A stretch of 63,632 bases of DNA from Candidatus Omnitrophota bacterium. Lineage in GTDB: Bacteria > Omnitrophota > Gorgyraeia > Gygaellales > Profunditerraquicolaceae. Under the pieces are notes generated by a model, which searched no databases, was not told the DNA's origin, and saw only the letters and a list, made by a program, of their open reading frames with translations. The position numbers and the translations under genes are program-made. Shown piece after piece: positions 18,653 to 27,092 of this stretch (positions are counted from its first letter, which is position 1; every line of letters starts with the position of its first letter). The stretch spans positions 1-63,632 of the forward strand of contig WOZK01000019.1 in assembly GCA_011620275.1 (NCBI GenBank). Reading direction: 5' to 3'.

Positions 18653-20494
18653 ATGCGGCAAAAAACCATGCCAGGAAAAAATGATTTCCCACTGCTTCCG
18701 GCGGTGCTTTTTCTACTGGCGCTGGCATTGAGGATATTTAACCTGCAAAGGTTTGATTTACAGTTCGACGAACTTTTTTCTTTTATCACTGTGGGAGCGC
18801 GTGATTTGCCGGGACTTGCCGCCGGCTATATGAACAGCCGTCCGCTTTTCATTTACAACCTTTTCATGAGTTGGTGGCAGGGTTTAGGGCAAGGGGCTTT
18901 TTTTTACCGTTTGCCTTCCGCCGTTTTCGGGGCGGCATGCGTTCCGGCGGTATACCTGCTGGGCCGCGAGATGTCCGGGCGCAGGACCGCTCTGATCGCG
19001 GCGTTATTCACCGCGCTTTCGGCGTTCCACGTCAACTTTTCGCAGGAGATATCTCCCTACGCCGCGGCTTGTCTGTTAATGGCGATTTCGTTCTACGCTT
19101 TTTTCCGCTGGCAGCGGACCGGCGGCAGACGGTATCTGATGCTTAACTTAGCCTGTAATCTTGCCGGCCTGTATCTGATCTATTATTACGTGATGACCGT
19201 CATTTTACAGCTTTGCTTTTATCTTTGCGCCCGAAAACGTTTTAATCAAACCGCAGAAATCCCCGGCTTTCAAGCCGGATTTACTTTAACCAATCGGAAG
19301 GTCAAGTATTCGCTTGTGCGAAAATGTGGAGTAGATAACCCCGCAGAGTGCCGGAAAAATGCCGAAGGGATTTTCCCGGTATCTTACAACACGGGGTTAA
19401 TCGAGAAAGAAACCCCGGGCTTCAACCCGGGGAGCTTCATCGGCGGAATCCGGAGCTGCGCGCTACCCGCCGTCGTTTTCTTGCTTCTATGCCTGCCTTG
19501 GCTGTTCCTGACGGCGCTGGAACTCGGCCGGGTCATCGTCTTAAAGAACGCCGCCTGCGGCGTTTATTCCATCACACCCTACAACACGCAGGTCTCATTG
19601 ATGAGCCTTTTCTACAGCCTGGCGAATTTCAGCGCCGGGTATTACAGCCCGGCGCCGGTGCGGGCCGGTTCTTTTCTTCTTTTATCGGGATTATTCTGCG
19701 CTGGAACAGTGTGTTTTTATAAACGGGATAAGTTTTCGGGGTGGCTGGTCCCGGCGGCGGTTTTCGCGCCTATGCTTTGTCTGTTTCTGGTTTCACGTTT
19801 CGCGCTGATCTATACAGACAGGTATCTGTTTACGGGTATGTTGTTCTTCTACATAACGGCGGCCTGCGGGCTGGAGCGGCTTTTCGTCCGGGCAAAGCCG
19901 GCGGCGGCAGCGCTGGCGCTGTGTTTGTTCGTATTGCAGGCGGTATCTTTATACGGATATTATACGGATCGCTGGACTGTTCCTTTTGAAAGACGGCAGG
20001 GGATCGATACCAGAAAATCTTACAAAGCCGCCGCCGCCTATTTATATTCACGTTTCGGGGAAAACGACGCTCTGCTGCATCTCTCGGAGATTTCGACGCT
20101 TTCTTTCGACTATTATAAGCCCTCCGGCGGTTCTCGCGGACGAATGGTTTCCCTTCCGGAAATGATCGGTTTCACCGAAGATTATTTTTTCACCTATAAG
20201 ACTTCGCCAAAAGTGGCCCTGCATGACATACGCGGGCACGCCTTTCATCTCGTGCTCCTGAGAGGGAACGGCAGACAGGGGCGTTCCGGTATCGTTTTCC
20301 CCGATCGTGACTATCCCAGAATATGGGTTGTGCATGCGGGATGGGACGGGAGCGATCCGGGAGCGCTCCTGTGCATGTTCGAGTCATCGGCGGGGGAGAA
20401 TTACGCGCTCGGGGAAACGGCCAATTTCGGCGGGGTGCGCATAATGCTTTATAAAAACAGGGCCTGTATTTCCGGCTTCACGGTGCAGAGATGA
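18653..20494 (+). CDS. GT-C fold membrane glycosyltransferase, GT39/GT83 (PMT_2 / ArnT-like) with 71-codon insertion
   Basis: LQFDELFSF first-loop motif, RPLFIYNLF..YRLPSAVFGAACVPAVYLLGREMSGRRTALIAALF signature, many TM helices, soluble C-terminal domain; ATG 18653 chosen (ORF-track TTG 18641 overlaps the upstream stop). Confidence 0.8.
   Translation: MRQKTMPGKNDFPLLPAVLFLLALALRIFNLQRFDLQFDELFSFITVGARDLPGLAAGYMNSRPLFIYNLFMSWWQGLGQGAFFYRLPSAVFGAACVPAVYLLGREMSGRRTALIAALFTALSAFHVNFSQEISPYAAACLLMAISFYAFFRWQRTGGRRYLMLNLACNLAGLYLIYYYVMTVILQLCFYLCARKRFNQTAEIPGFQAGFTLTNRKVKYSLVRKCGVDNPAECRKNAEGIFPVSYNTGLIEKETPGFNPGSFIGGIRSCALPAVVFLLLCLPWLFLTALELGRVIVLKNAACGVYSITPYNTQVSLMSLFYSLANFSAGYYSPAPVRAGSFLLLSGLFCAGTVCFYKRDKFSGWLVPAAVFAPMLCLFLVSRFALIYTDRYLFTGMLFFYITAACGLERLFVRAKPAAAALALCLFVLQAVSLYGYYTDRWTVPFERRQGIDTRKSYKAAAAYLYSRFGENDALLHLSEISTLSFDYYKPSGGSRGRMVSLPEMIGFTEDYFFTYKTSPKVALHDIRGHAFHLVLLRGNGRQGRSGIVFPDRDYPRIWVVHAGWDGSDPGALLCMFESSAGENYALGETANFGGVRIMLYKNRACISGFTVQR
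19244..19456 (+). repeat. in-frame insertion carrying palindromic repeat units
   Basis: Hairpin units at 19257-19282 (aaatccCCGGCtttcaaGCCGGattt) and 19413-19432 (CCCCGGGcttcaaCCCGGGG). They translate to the duplicated peptide EIPGFQAGF / ETPGFNPGS. The segment is absent from the two paralogous GT-C genes. Confidence 0.45.
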
Positions 20495-21915
20495 AAAGGA
20501 TAGTGTTGGTTAATCCTCCTTTGAGCAGCAGGCAGCAGGGATCGCTCTTATCTTCGGCGATAGGCAGAACGATACCTTACGGTCTTTTAAGCGTGGCGGC
20601 GGCGGTAAGGAAGGCCGGTTACGATGTCAGGGTGGTGGACGCTGCCAATTCCGATTACGGTATCCGGGAGGCCGCCGCGGCGGTGACGGGGCTGCGTCCG
20701 GATTATATAGGTATTTCCGCGGTTACCGTTTCCATCAAGAACGCCGGGGCACTGGCAGGGGAGATCAAAAAACGCGGCTGCGGCGTTCCGGTTATCATCG
20801 GCGGGATGCACGTGAGCGCGCTTCCGGAGGCAACAATGAGGGAATTCCCCGGTTTTGACATCGGGGTGGTGGGTGAGGGGGAGGAGACCATAGTGGAACT
20901 GCTGGCCGCGTTTGAAAACAAGACCGGTTTGTATAAGGTAAACGGTGTGGTTCTACGTGGAACAGGCGGTCCGGTGAGGACAGCGGAGCGGGCTTTCATC
21001 TCTGATCTCGATTCCATACCGTTGCCTGCATGGGATCTCGCGGGCGGCCGCGATACTTTTTACCGGCTTTCCGCCACCTCCTATATAAGGTTGCCGGCAG
21101 CCCCCATCGTGACTTCCCGCGGGTGCACCTCTAATTGCATATTCTGCAGCTGCAGGGCGATGTTCGGGGATCTGCGTTGTTTTAGCGTAGGTTACGTAAT
21201 GCGTATGATCAAACAACTCGTAAACGACTACGGCATAAAGGATGTCAGTATTTACGACGATAGTTTCGTCTCTCGCGGAGAGAGGGTCCGCGAATTCTGC
21301 GAAACGATCCTGAAAGAAGGGCCTTCCTTTTCCTGGTCGTGTTATTCTCGCGTGGACCACGGGGACGAGGGGCTCTTCCGTTTGATGAAAAAGGCCGGCT
21401 GCTGGCAGATAAGCTACGGCATAGAAAGCGGCTCACAGCGCATACTGGATTTCCTCGGCAAAGGGGTCACGTTGGAGCGTATAGAACGTGCCGTCAACGA
21501 CACAAAAAAGGCGGGCCTGCGTGCCCGGGGGTTCTTTATGCTGGGGCATCTTTCCGAAGACCGAGCCTCCATGAGAGCGACGCTGCGGCTTCTGCTGAAG
21601 TTGAAACTGGATGATTTCCACATCGCTTATTACAACCCTTTCCCGGGAACTAAAACAGCGCTTTTGGCTGACCGCTACGGTAAGGTCGATCCGGACTGGG
21701 ACAAGATGAATATGCATAACCCTTCTTTCATACCCTTCGGGCTGACGGTTAAAGATTTGGAATCATCTTCTAAATACGCCTACCGCCGGTTTTACTTCCG
21801 CGCCAGGATCATTCTGGGATATCTGGGCATAATTCTACGTTATCCGGAGAATATCCTGAGGGTACTGAAGGGGTTTAAGGCGGTCATCTGTAAAATAAGT
21901 ATGAGCGAAACATGA
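20491..21915 (+). CDS. B12-binding domain radical SAM protein
   Basis: ATGA overlap; IVLVNPP..IPYGLLSVAAAVRKAGYDV, VGEGEETIVELL, LDSIPLPAWDL, CTSNCIFC, YGIESGS. Confidence 0.9.
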   Translation: MKRIVLVNPPLSSRQQGSLLSSAIGRTIPYGLLSVAAAVRKAGYDVRVVDAANSDYGIREAAAAVTGLRPDYIGISAVTVSIKNAGALAGEIKKRGCGVPVIIGGMHVSALPEATMREFPGFDIGVVGEGEETIVELLAAFENKTGLYKVNGVVLRGTGGPVRTAERAFISDLDSIPLPAWDLAGGRDTFYRLSATSYIRLPAAPIVTSRGCTSNCIFCSCRAMFGDLRCFSVGYVMRMIKQLVNDYGIKDVSIYDDSFVSRGERVREFCETILKEGPSFSWSCYSRVDHGDEGLFRLMKKAGCWQISYGIESGSQRILDFLGKGVTLERIERAVNDTKKAGLRARGFFMLGHLSEDRASMRATLRLLLKLKLDDFHIAYYNPFPGTKTALLADRYGKVDPDWDKMNMHNPSFIPFGLTVKDLESSSKYAYRRFYFRARIILGYLGIILRYPENILRVLKGFKAVICKISMSET

Positions 21916-21925
21916 AAGAGGAGAG

Positions 21926-22936
21926 ATGAAAATACTTTTGACCGGCGTGCCCGGATGGCTGGGGAACCGTTTCCTGGAGATGCTTTTCGCCTCTGAGCTC
22001 GGGATTACGGAGAAATGTTCCGTCCGCTGCCTGGTTCAGCCTGGCCTGGCGGTTGATAGTGTGCCTAATCTTTCCGGTCCGGGCAAGATGGAGATATTTT
22101 CGGCTGACATCACCAGGAGAGAATCCCTTATGGGCGTCTGCTCTGGTGTGGACGTAGTCTTACACGCCGCCGGGCTCATCCACCCGAGCAGGCCGCCTAA
22201 ACTGTTCACCGTCAATACACTGGGGACGCTCAATCTTATATCCGAGGCGAGCGCAAACGGCGTCACCCGGTTTGTATACATAAGCAGCAATTCGGCTGCG
22301 GGGGTAAACAAGGCGCGGCACAAACCGATGCGAGAGACCGACGAACCGCGTCCGTATATGAATTACGGATTGAGCAAGTATTACGCCGAATGCATAGTGC
22401 GAAGTTTTCAGGGAACGGGAGGAATGGAGACTGTGATCCTGCGTCCCTGCTGGTTCTACGGGCCTAACCAACCGCGCAGGCAGAGCAGATTTTTCAGGAT
22501 GATTAGCAGTGGGTCTCCGTTCATCTTCGGGGACGGTTTTAACCTGCGCAGCATGAGTTATGTGGACAATGTCTGCCGCGCGATGGCGCTGGCGGCATTG
22601 AGAAAGGAGGCGTCCGGCCGGACCTACTGGATCGCCGATGCCAGGCCTTACACCACTCTGGAGATATACAGTACGATCGCCGAATTGCTGGGGGTAAAGC
22701 GGTTCCGGCCGCATTTTCTGCCCGGGTTAGTCCCAGATATTTGCGCGCTGGCTGACAGGGTGTTGCAATTCGCCGGGTTATATTTGACGGAAATACACGT
22801 GGCTGGTGAGATGAACAAGGACATATTCTGTAGTGTGGAAAAGGCCGCGGTCGAACTGGGTTATAAACCTGAGGTGGAATTACGCGAAGGGATGCGGCGT
22901 TCCATCGAGTTTTGCAGAGCGAGAGGGGAATTGTGA
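21926..22936 (+). CDS. NAD-dependent epimerase/dehydratase (extended SDR)
   Basis: MKILLTGVPGWLGNRF glycine-rich fold, YGLSKYYAE (YxxxK). Confidence 0.8.
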   Translation: MKILLTGVPGWLGNRFLEMLFASELGITEKCSVRCLVQPGLAVDSVPNLSGPGKMEIFSADITRRESLMGVCSGVDVVLHAAGLIHPSRPPKLFTVNTLGTLNLISEASANGVTRFVYISSNSAAGVNKARHKPMRETDEPRPYMNYGLSKYYAECIVRSFQGTGGMETVILRPCWFYGPNQPRRQSRFFRMISSGSPFIFGDGFNLRSMSYVDNVCRAMALAALRKEASGRTYWIADARPYTTLEIYSTIAELLGVKRFRPHFLPGLVPDICALADRVLQFAGLYLTEIHVAGEMNKDIFCSVEKAAVELGYKPEVELREGMRRSIEFCRARGEL

Positions 22937-22937
22937 A

Positions 22938-23954
22938 ATGTATCTTATAACCGGCGGAAGCGGATTCCTTGGAACCGGCCTCGCACGCAGATTGACCGCC
23001 TGTGGCGGGATGTCGGTGCGTATATTCGACTTGCGCGGCGGGAGGGATTTACCGGCCGGAGCGGAATTCTTCCGGGGGGACATTCGAGAACCAGAGGATG
23101 TAGGCAAAGCGGTCGAAGGCGCAAGCACAGTCTTTCATCTGGCTTCCCTTTTGCCGTGCGCCAGGGCCGGCAAGGGATTCTACGAAGTCAACGTGGAAGG
23201 CACGCGTAACCTTATGGAGGCTTGCCTTCGGCAGGGGGTGAAACGTGTGGTTTATGTTTCATCCAGCTGCGTCTATGGGCTGCCGGTGGCTCTGCCGCTC
23301 AGGGAGGATTCTCCCGTAAATCCGGTTGGAGATTACGGCAGGAGCAAGCTGCTTGGAGAAGAGGTCTGCCGCGGCTATATCTCTTCCGGGATGAGGGTTT
23401 CGATCATCAGACCGCGTTTTATCGTCGGCTCCGGCAGACTGGGGATTCTGGAGGTTATCTTCGGCTGGGTGCGGGAGAACAGAAAGGTTTATACCATCGG
23501 CAGGGGAAACAATCGTTTTCAGATGGTGGGCATCGAGGACCTAATCGACGCTTGTCTGCTCGTGGCCGGTTCGGGTAAGAATGACGTTTATAACATCGGC
23601 GCCGACGGCGTCCCCACGGTCAGGGAACTTCTCGCCGGGCTTATCAGGCACGCGCGCAGTTCATCCGCCCTGGTGCCGTTGAATGCCACCGCGGTTAAAC
23701 TCGGGATGCGAATCTTGGATGCTCTGAACCTTGTAGCGTTTTCGAGGGAACAGTATCTGTTTGCGGACAAGGAATACATACTGGATACGTCGAAAGCTAA
23801 AGAAGAACTCGGCTGGAAACCGAAATATACCCATGCCGGGGCCTTCAACTCCGCTTATGATTGGTATATCAATAATCAATCTGCCTCCGGGGAGGAGAAT
23901 AAGAGCGACCATCCTCCGGAGAAAATACTTCGCCTGCTGAAATATTTACCTTAG
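22938..23954 (+). CDS. NAD-dependent epimerase/dehydratase (extended SDR)
   Basis: ATG 22938 lies 1 nt after stop 22936; MYLITGGSGFLGTGL, YGRSKLLGE (YxxxK). Confidence 0.8.
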   Translation: MYLITGGSGFLGTGLARRLTACGGMSVRIFDLRGGRDLPAGAEFFRGDIREPEDVGKAVEGASTVFHLASLLPCARAGKGFYEVNVEGTRNLMEACLRQGVKRVVYVSSSCVYGLPVALPLREDSPVNPVGDYGRSKLLGEEVCRGYISSGMRVSIIRPRFIVGSGRLGILEVIFGWVRENRKVYTIGRGNNRFQMVGIEDLIDACLLVAGSGKNDVYNIGADGVPTVRELLAGLIRHARSSSALVPLNATAVKLGMRILDALNLVAFSREQYLFADKEYILDTSKAKEELGWKPKYTHAGAFNSAYDWYINNQSASGEENKSDHPPEKILRLLKYLP

Positions 23955-23959
23955 ACAAT

Positions 23960-24889
23960 ATGAATATTATCCGATTCTTCAAAAGAGCTTTTGCCGCCGT
24001 CTGGAAGCGCTTTGTTTTATGGGGCATACAGCTGAGGGTCGCGCATTGGGGCAAGAACTCCCTGGTCTTTTTCCCCATGCTTTATTGCGGGCGTGGGGGG
24101 GATTTCTGGACGTTTGTCCGGGTTTGCGGTCTTTTCGCGGCGTTCTGTTTGTTGTCCAGCGCGATGTATCTGATCAATGACATAGCCGATATCTCTTGCG
24201 ACCGTTTGCATCCTTTTAAGCGCGCGCGTCCGCTGGCCTCCGGATCTCTTCCCTCGACACTGGTCCCGGCACTGGCATTGATATTAACGGCGGTCAGCCT
24301 GGGCACGGCTTTTTTTATGGAGCGCGGCGCTTACCATGTCCTTTTCGCCTATCTGCTTAACGCGCTGGCATACACTTTTTTCTTCAAGAAGACAGCGTTC
24401 CTTGATATACTGTCATTAGTGACGGGTTTTTTTCTGCGTCTGGCGGCGGGCGCGGAGGTCTCCGGCTGCCGAATGGATAAGAGCGTTCTTATTTGCATGT
24501 TCTTTCTTTGTCTGTTTTTCATCTTTGCCAAGAGGCGCTCGGAGTTGACGCTTTTGAAAGTCCGCAGTGTGGACCCTTTATCCACGCGGAAAGTTTTTCA
24601 GCGTTACGGAGAGAGAAGACTGGATGCTGCGTTGAAAGTATCGGCTGCGCTGTCTATCTTTTCGTATTTGTTCTTTGTTTTCAAGTCTTTGTCTGCGCGG
24701 TCCATTGTTTCGTTCTATCTGTTTTTGTTTAGCGTGCCCCCGGCTGTATATTGCCTGTTAGAATACGCGAAGGTACTGAGGTCGGGGGAGACGGACGGCA
24801 TTTTTCGCAGCGTTCTGAAACACGCAAATATCCTGGCTGCATCGGGCGTATGGGCGTTGTTTTTCTTTTTGGCGGCCGTCCGGCAATAG
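23960..24889 (+). CDS. UbiA-superfamily prenyl-phosphate phosphoribosyltransferase-like enzyme (DPPR synthase / Rv3806c-like)
   Basis: RVAHWGKNSLVFFP N-terminal motif, YLINDIADISCDRLHPFKRARPLASG (NDxxDxxxD..HPxKxxRPxAxG), 8-9 TM helices, 309 aa. Confidence 0.75.
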   Translation: MNIIRFFKRAFAAVWKRFVLWGIQLRVAHWGKNSLVFFPMLYCGRGGDFWTFVRVCGLFAAFCLLSSAMYLINDIADISCDRLHPFKRARPLASGSLPSTLVPALALILTAVSLGTAFFMERGAYHVLFAYLLNALAYTFFFKKTAFLDILSLVTGFFLRLAAGAEVSGCRMDKSVLICMFFLCLFFIFAKRRSELTLLKVRSVDPLSTRKVFQRYGERRLDAALKVSAALSIFSYLFFVFKSLSARSIVSFYLFLFSVPPAVYCLLEYAKVLRSGETDGIFRSVLKHANILAASGVWALFFFLAAVRQ

Positions 24890-24973
24890 CGTATCGCGTC
24901 GGATAACCTGTAAATATGTATTGCCCGTTGTGACGGATTGGTGGTCACAGTGGTAAAAAATGGGAGGCCACGG

Positions 24974-25696
24974 ATGATAAAAACCGCAACTGCCGCTATA
25001 CTGTTTTCGCTGCCGGTGGTTCTACTGGGACATTGTCCTTCAGCGGCGGAACAAATAATCTTGAAGAATGGACAGACTTTCGAAGGAAAGGTAGTGTCCT
25101 ATAACGACAAGATCGCCCAGATAGAAAGATTCGGGGTAGTGATCCCTTATTTTGTCTCCGAGATTCAGAGCCCGGCCCTGACGGGCGACGGACTGGCCGC
25201 TTCCGAGTTGAACGCTCAATGGGGTTTTTCCGTCAAATGGCCGGCTGGATGGATCTCTCGGGAAATGGAGATGGGTCCGCCGCTGCTGTTCTACGTATAC
25301 GTGGGAGATCCCGATAAAATCAAGGAGGATTCACCCAGGATATACGTCACGGGCTGGAGGGATAACTCGCCGCTGGAGGCGATGGGGTCTAAAGTCATAG
25401 ACGATCTTTTTAAACGTTCCTCTTCCTCGGGAAGCGTTCCCGTTATAAGCTCTCCCCTTAAGTCAGTGACCGTCAACGGTTTCCCCGCGGTTACCTTTTC
25501 TTTCGACTTTCAAAATCTTTATGATGAATGGGAGAAGGTGTGGATGCGCGGCGTGAGGGTGGATAGTTACCTTTTCAATTCCGGCGGGATAATGATCCTG
25601 CTGGATCTTGTCTATCATAACGATCGGCGGAGCGCAAAAGAGCTGGCGGTGTACGGTGAGATGCTTAAGTCTCTGCGCCTGATCCCGCCGGAATAG
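24974..25696 (+). CDS. exported hypothetical protein
   Basis: GGGAGG 6 nt before ATG 24974; signal-like MIKTATAAILFSLPVVLLGHCPSAAEQ; no recognisable motif. Confidence 0.5.
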   Translation: MIKTATAAILFSLPVVLLGHCPSAAEQIILKNGQTFEGKVVSYNDKIAQIERFGVVIPYFVSEIQSPALTGDGLAASELNAQWGFSVKWPAGWISREMEMGPPLLFYVYVGDPDKIKEDSPRIYVTGWRDNSPLEAMGSKVIDDLFKRSSSSGSVPVISSPLKSVTVNGFPAVTFSFDFQNLYDEWEKVWMRGVRVDSYLFNSGGIMILLDLVYHNDRRSAKELAVYGEMLKSLRLIPPE

Positions 25697-25737
25697 CGCT
25701 TTCATCCCTTAATACCCAGAGGATAGGCGGCCATACG

Positions 25738-27084
25738 ATGATCGACCGTGTGCTTTTGATAAATCCCCCCGGTAGAGGGAAATATTGTCTCACCAGGCAA
25801 CCGCCTTTGGGGTTGTTGTATATCGCTTCTTACTTAAGGGACGCGGGCGTGAAAGTCCGCCTTCTGGACCTTAATGTCGTTTCCCTCTGGCGTCCACTGC
25901 TCAAGGCGGCTTTGCGGGAAGATACGCCTCTGCTGGCGGGGATATCCGCCAATTTCTCCAATAGTGCGCAATGCGCGGAGATCGCTTCTTTGATCAAAAG
26001 TTTCTCCGGAAAAGTAAAGGTTGTCGTCGGCGGACCTCAGCCTACGGCTTCCCCGGGAGATTATCGCATCCCGGACATGGATTACGTGATCCCTTACGAG
26101 TCGGAAAAGGTGATGTTGAACTTTTGCCGCTTCGGAGGCGATGCGCCTACGCCCGGCGTCCTGTCCTGCAGGGACGTTGATTTCCTTGGTTCTTTCGAAA
26201 AAATAGAGCGTGATTCGGTGGAGAACCTTGACAGCCTTCCTTTTCCGGCTTACGAACTGCTGGACGTGCGCCGTTACTATACTTTTGGTTACCGGGCGCT
26301 ACCGTTGGTTTCCATGGTGACTTCCCGCGGTTGCGGGCACGGCTGTATTTTCTGCAGCCAGGTTGTAGCAGGGAAAAGATGGAGAAAACGCAGCGCGGAC
26401 AATGTGGTGGATGAGATGGAATGGTTAGTGAAGAAGATCGGCGCCCGGGAGATATCCATAGAGGACGATAATTTCACCGCCGACCAGGGCCGCGTGATGG
26501 ATATCTGCGAATTGATCGGAAAGCGGGGTTTGAAATTCCATTGGCAACTGCAGAACGGGATCAGGGTCGATTGTTTAAGCAAGGAAATGCTGAGGGAATT
26601 GAAGAAAGCCGGATGCTGGAAAGTGGCGATCGCACCGGAGGTCGGGGATAGGGAGAGCTTGAGAAAAATCCGAAAAGGCTTGGTTCCGGAGCAGTTTCGC
26701 TCCGCCGCGGCATGGTGCCGCGAAGAAGGCATCGTTTACCTCGGATATTTCATGATGGGGTTGCCTTTCGAAGGCGCGGGAGAAATGGAAAAGACTTCCG
26801 CTTTTGCCAGAGAACTGGATCCCCTTTGTATGAGCCTGACAAAACTGGTGGTGTTTCCAGGCACCCCGCTTTTTTCGACTCATCCTTCGAGAGCTTACGC
26901 TGGCAAGATCTCGTATTTCTCACGCGGCCGTGACATCCTGCTGGAACGTAAATACGCAGAGGCGTATTTCAGGTTTTACGCCCGGCCCCGCAAGCTGCTG
27001 GAGATACTCAGGGTATTCGGTCCGCGCCAGTTCTGGAGACTGGTATTGAATGCCTTGGATATGTTCCTTCTCAGGAGAGGGTAA
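25738..27084 (+). CDS. B12-binding domain radical SAM protein (third member of the 12009/13370 paralog group)
   Basis: VLLINPP..PPLGLLYIASYLRDAGVKVRLLDLN, GGPQPTASP, LDSLPFPAYEL, CGHGCIFC, GCWKVAIAPEVGD. Confidence 0.9.
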   Translation: MIDRVLLINPPGRGKYCLTRQPPLGLLYIASYLRDAGVKVRLLDLNVVSLWRPLLKAALREDTPLLAGISANFSNSAQCAEIASLIKSFSGKVKVVVGGPQPTASPGDYRIPDMDYVIPYESEKVMLNFCRFGGDAPTPGVLSCRDVDFLGSFEKIERDSVENLDSLPFPAYELLDVRRYYTFGYRALPLVSMVTSRGCGHGCIFCSQVVAGKRWRKRSADNVVDEMEWLVKKIGAREISIEDDNFTADQGRVMDICELIGKRGLKFHWQLQNGIRVDCLSKEMLRELKKAGCWKVAIAPEVGDRESLRKIRKGLVPEQFRSAAAWCREEGIVYLGYFMMGLPFEGAGEMEKTSAFARELDPLCMSLTKLVVFPGTPLFSTHPSRAYAGKISYFSRGRDILLERKYAEAYFRFYARPRKLLEILRVFGPRQFWRLVLNALDMFLLRRG

Positions 27085-27092
27085 AATATAGG

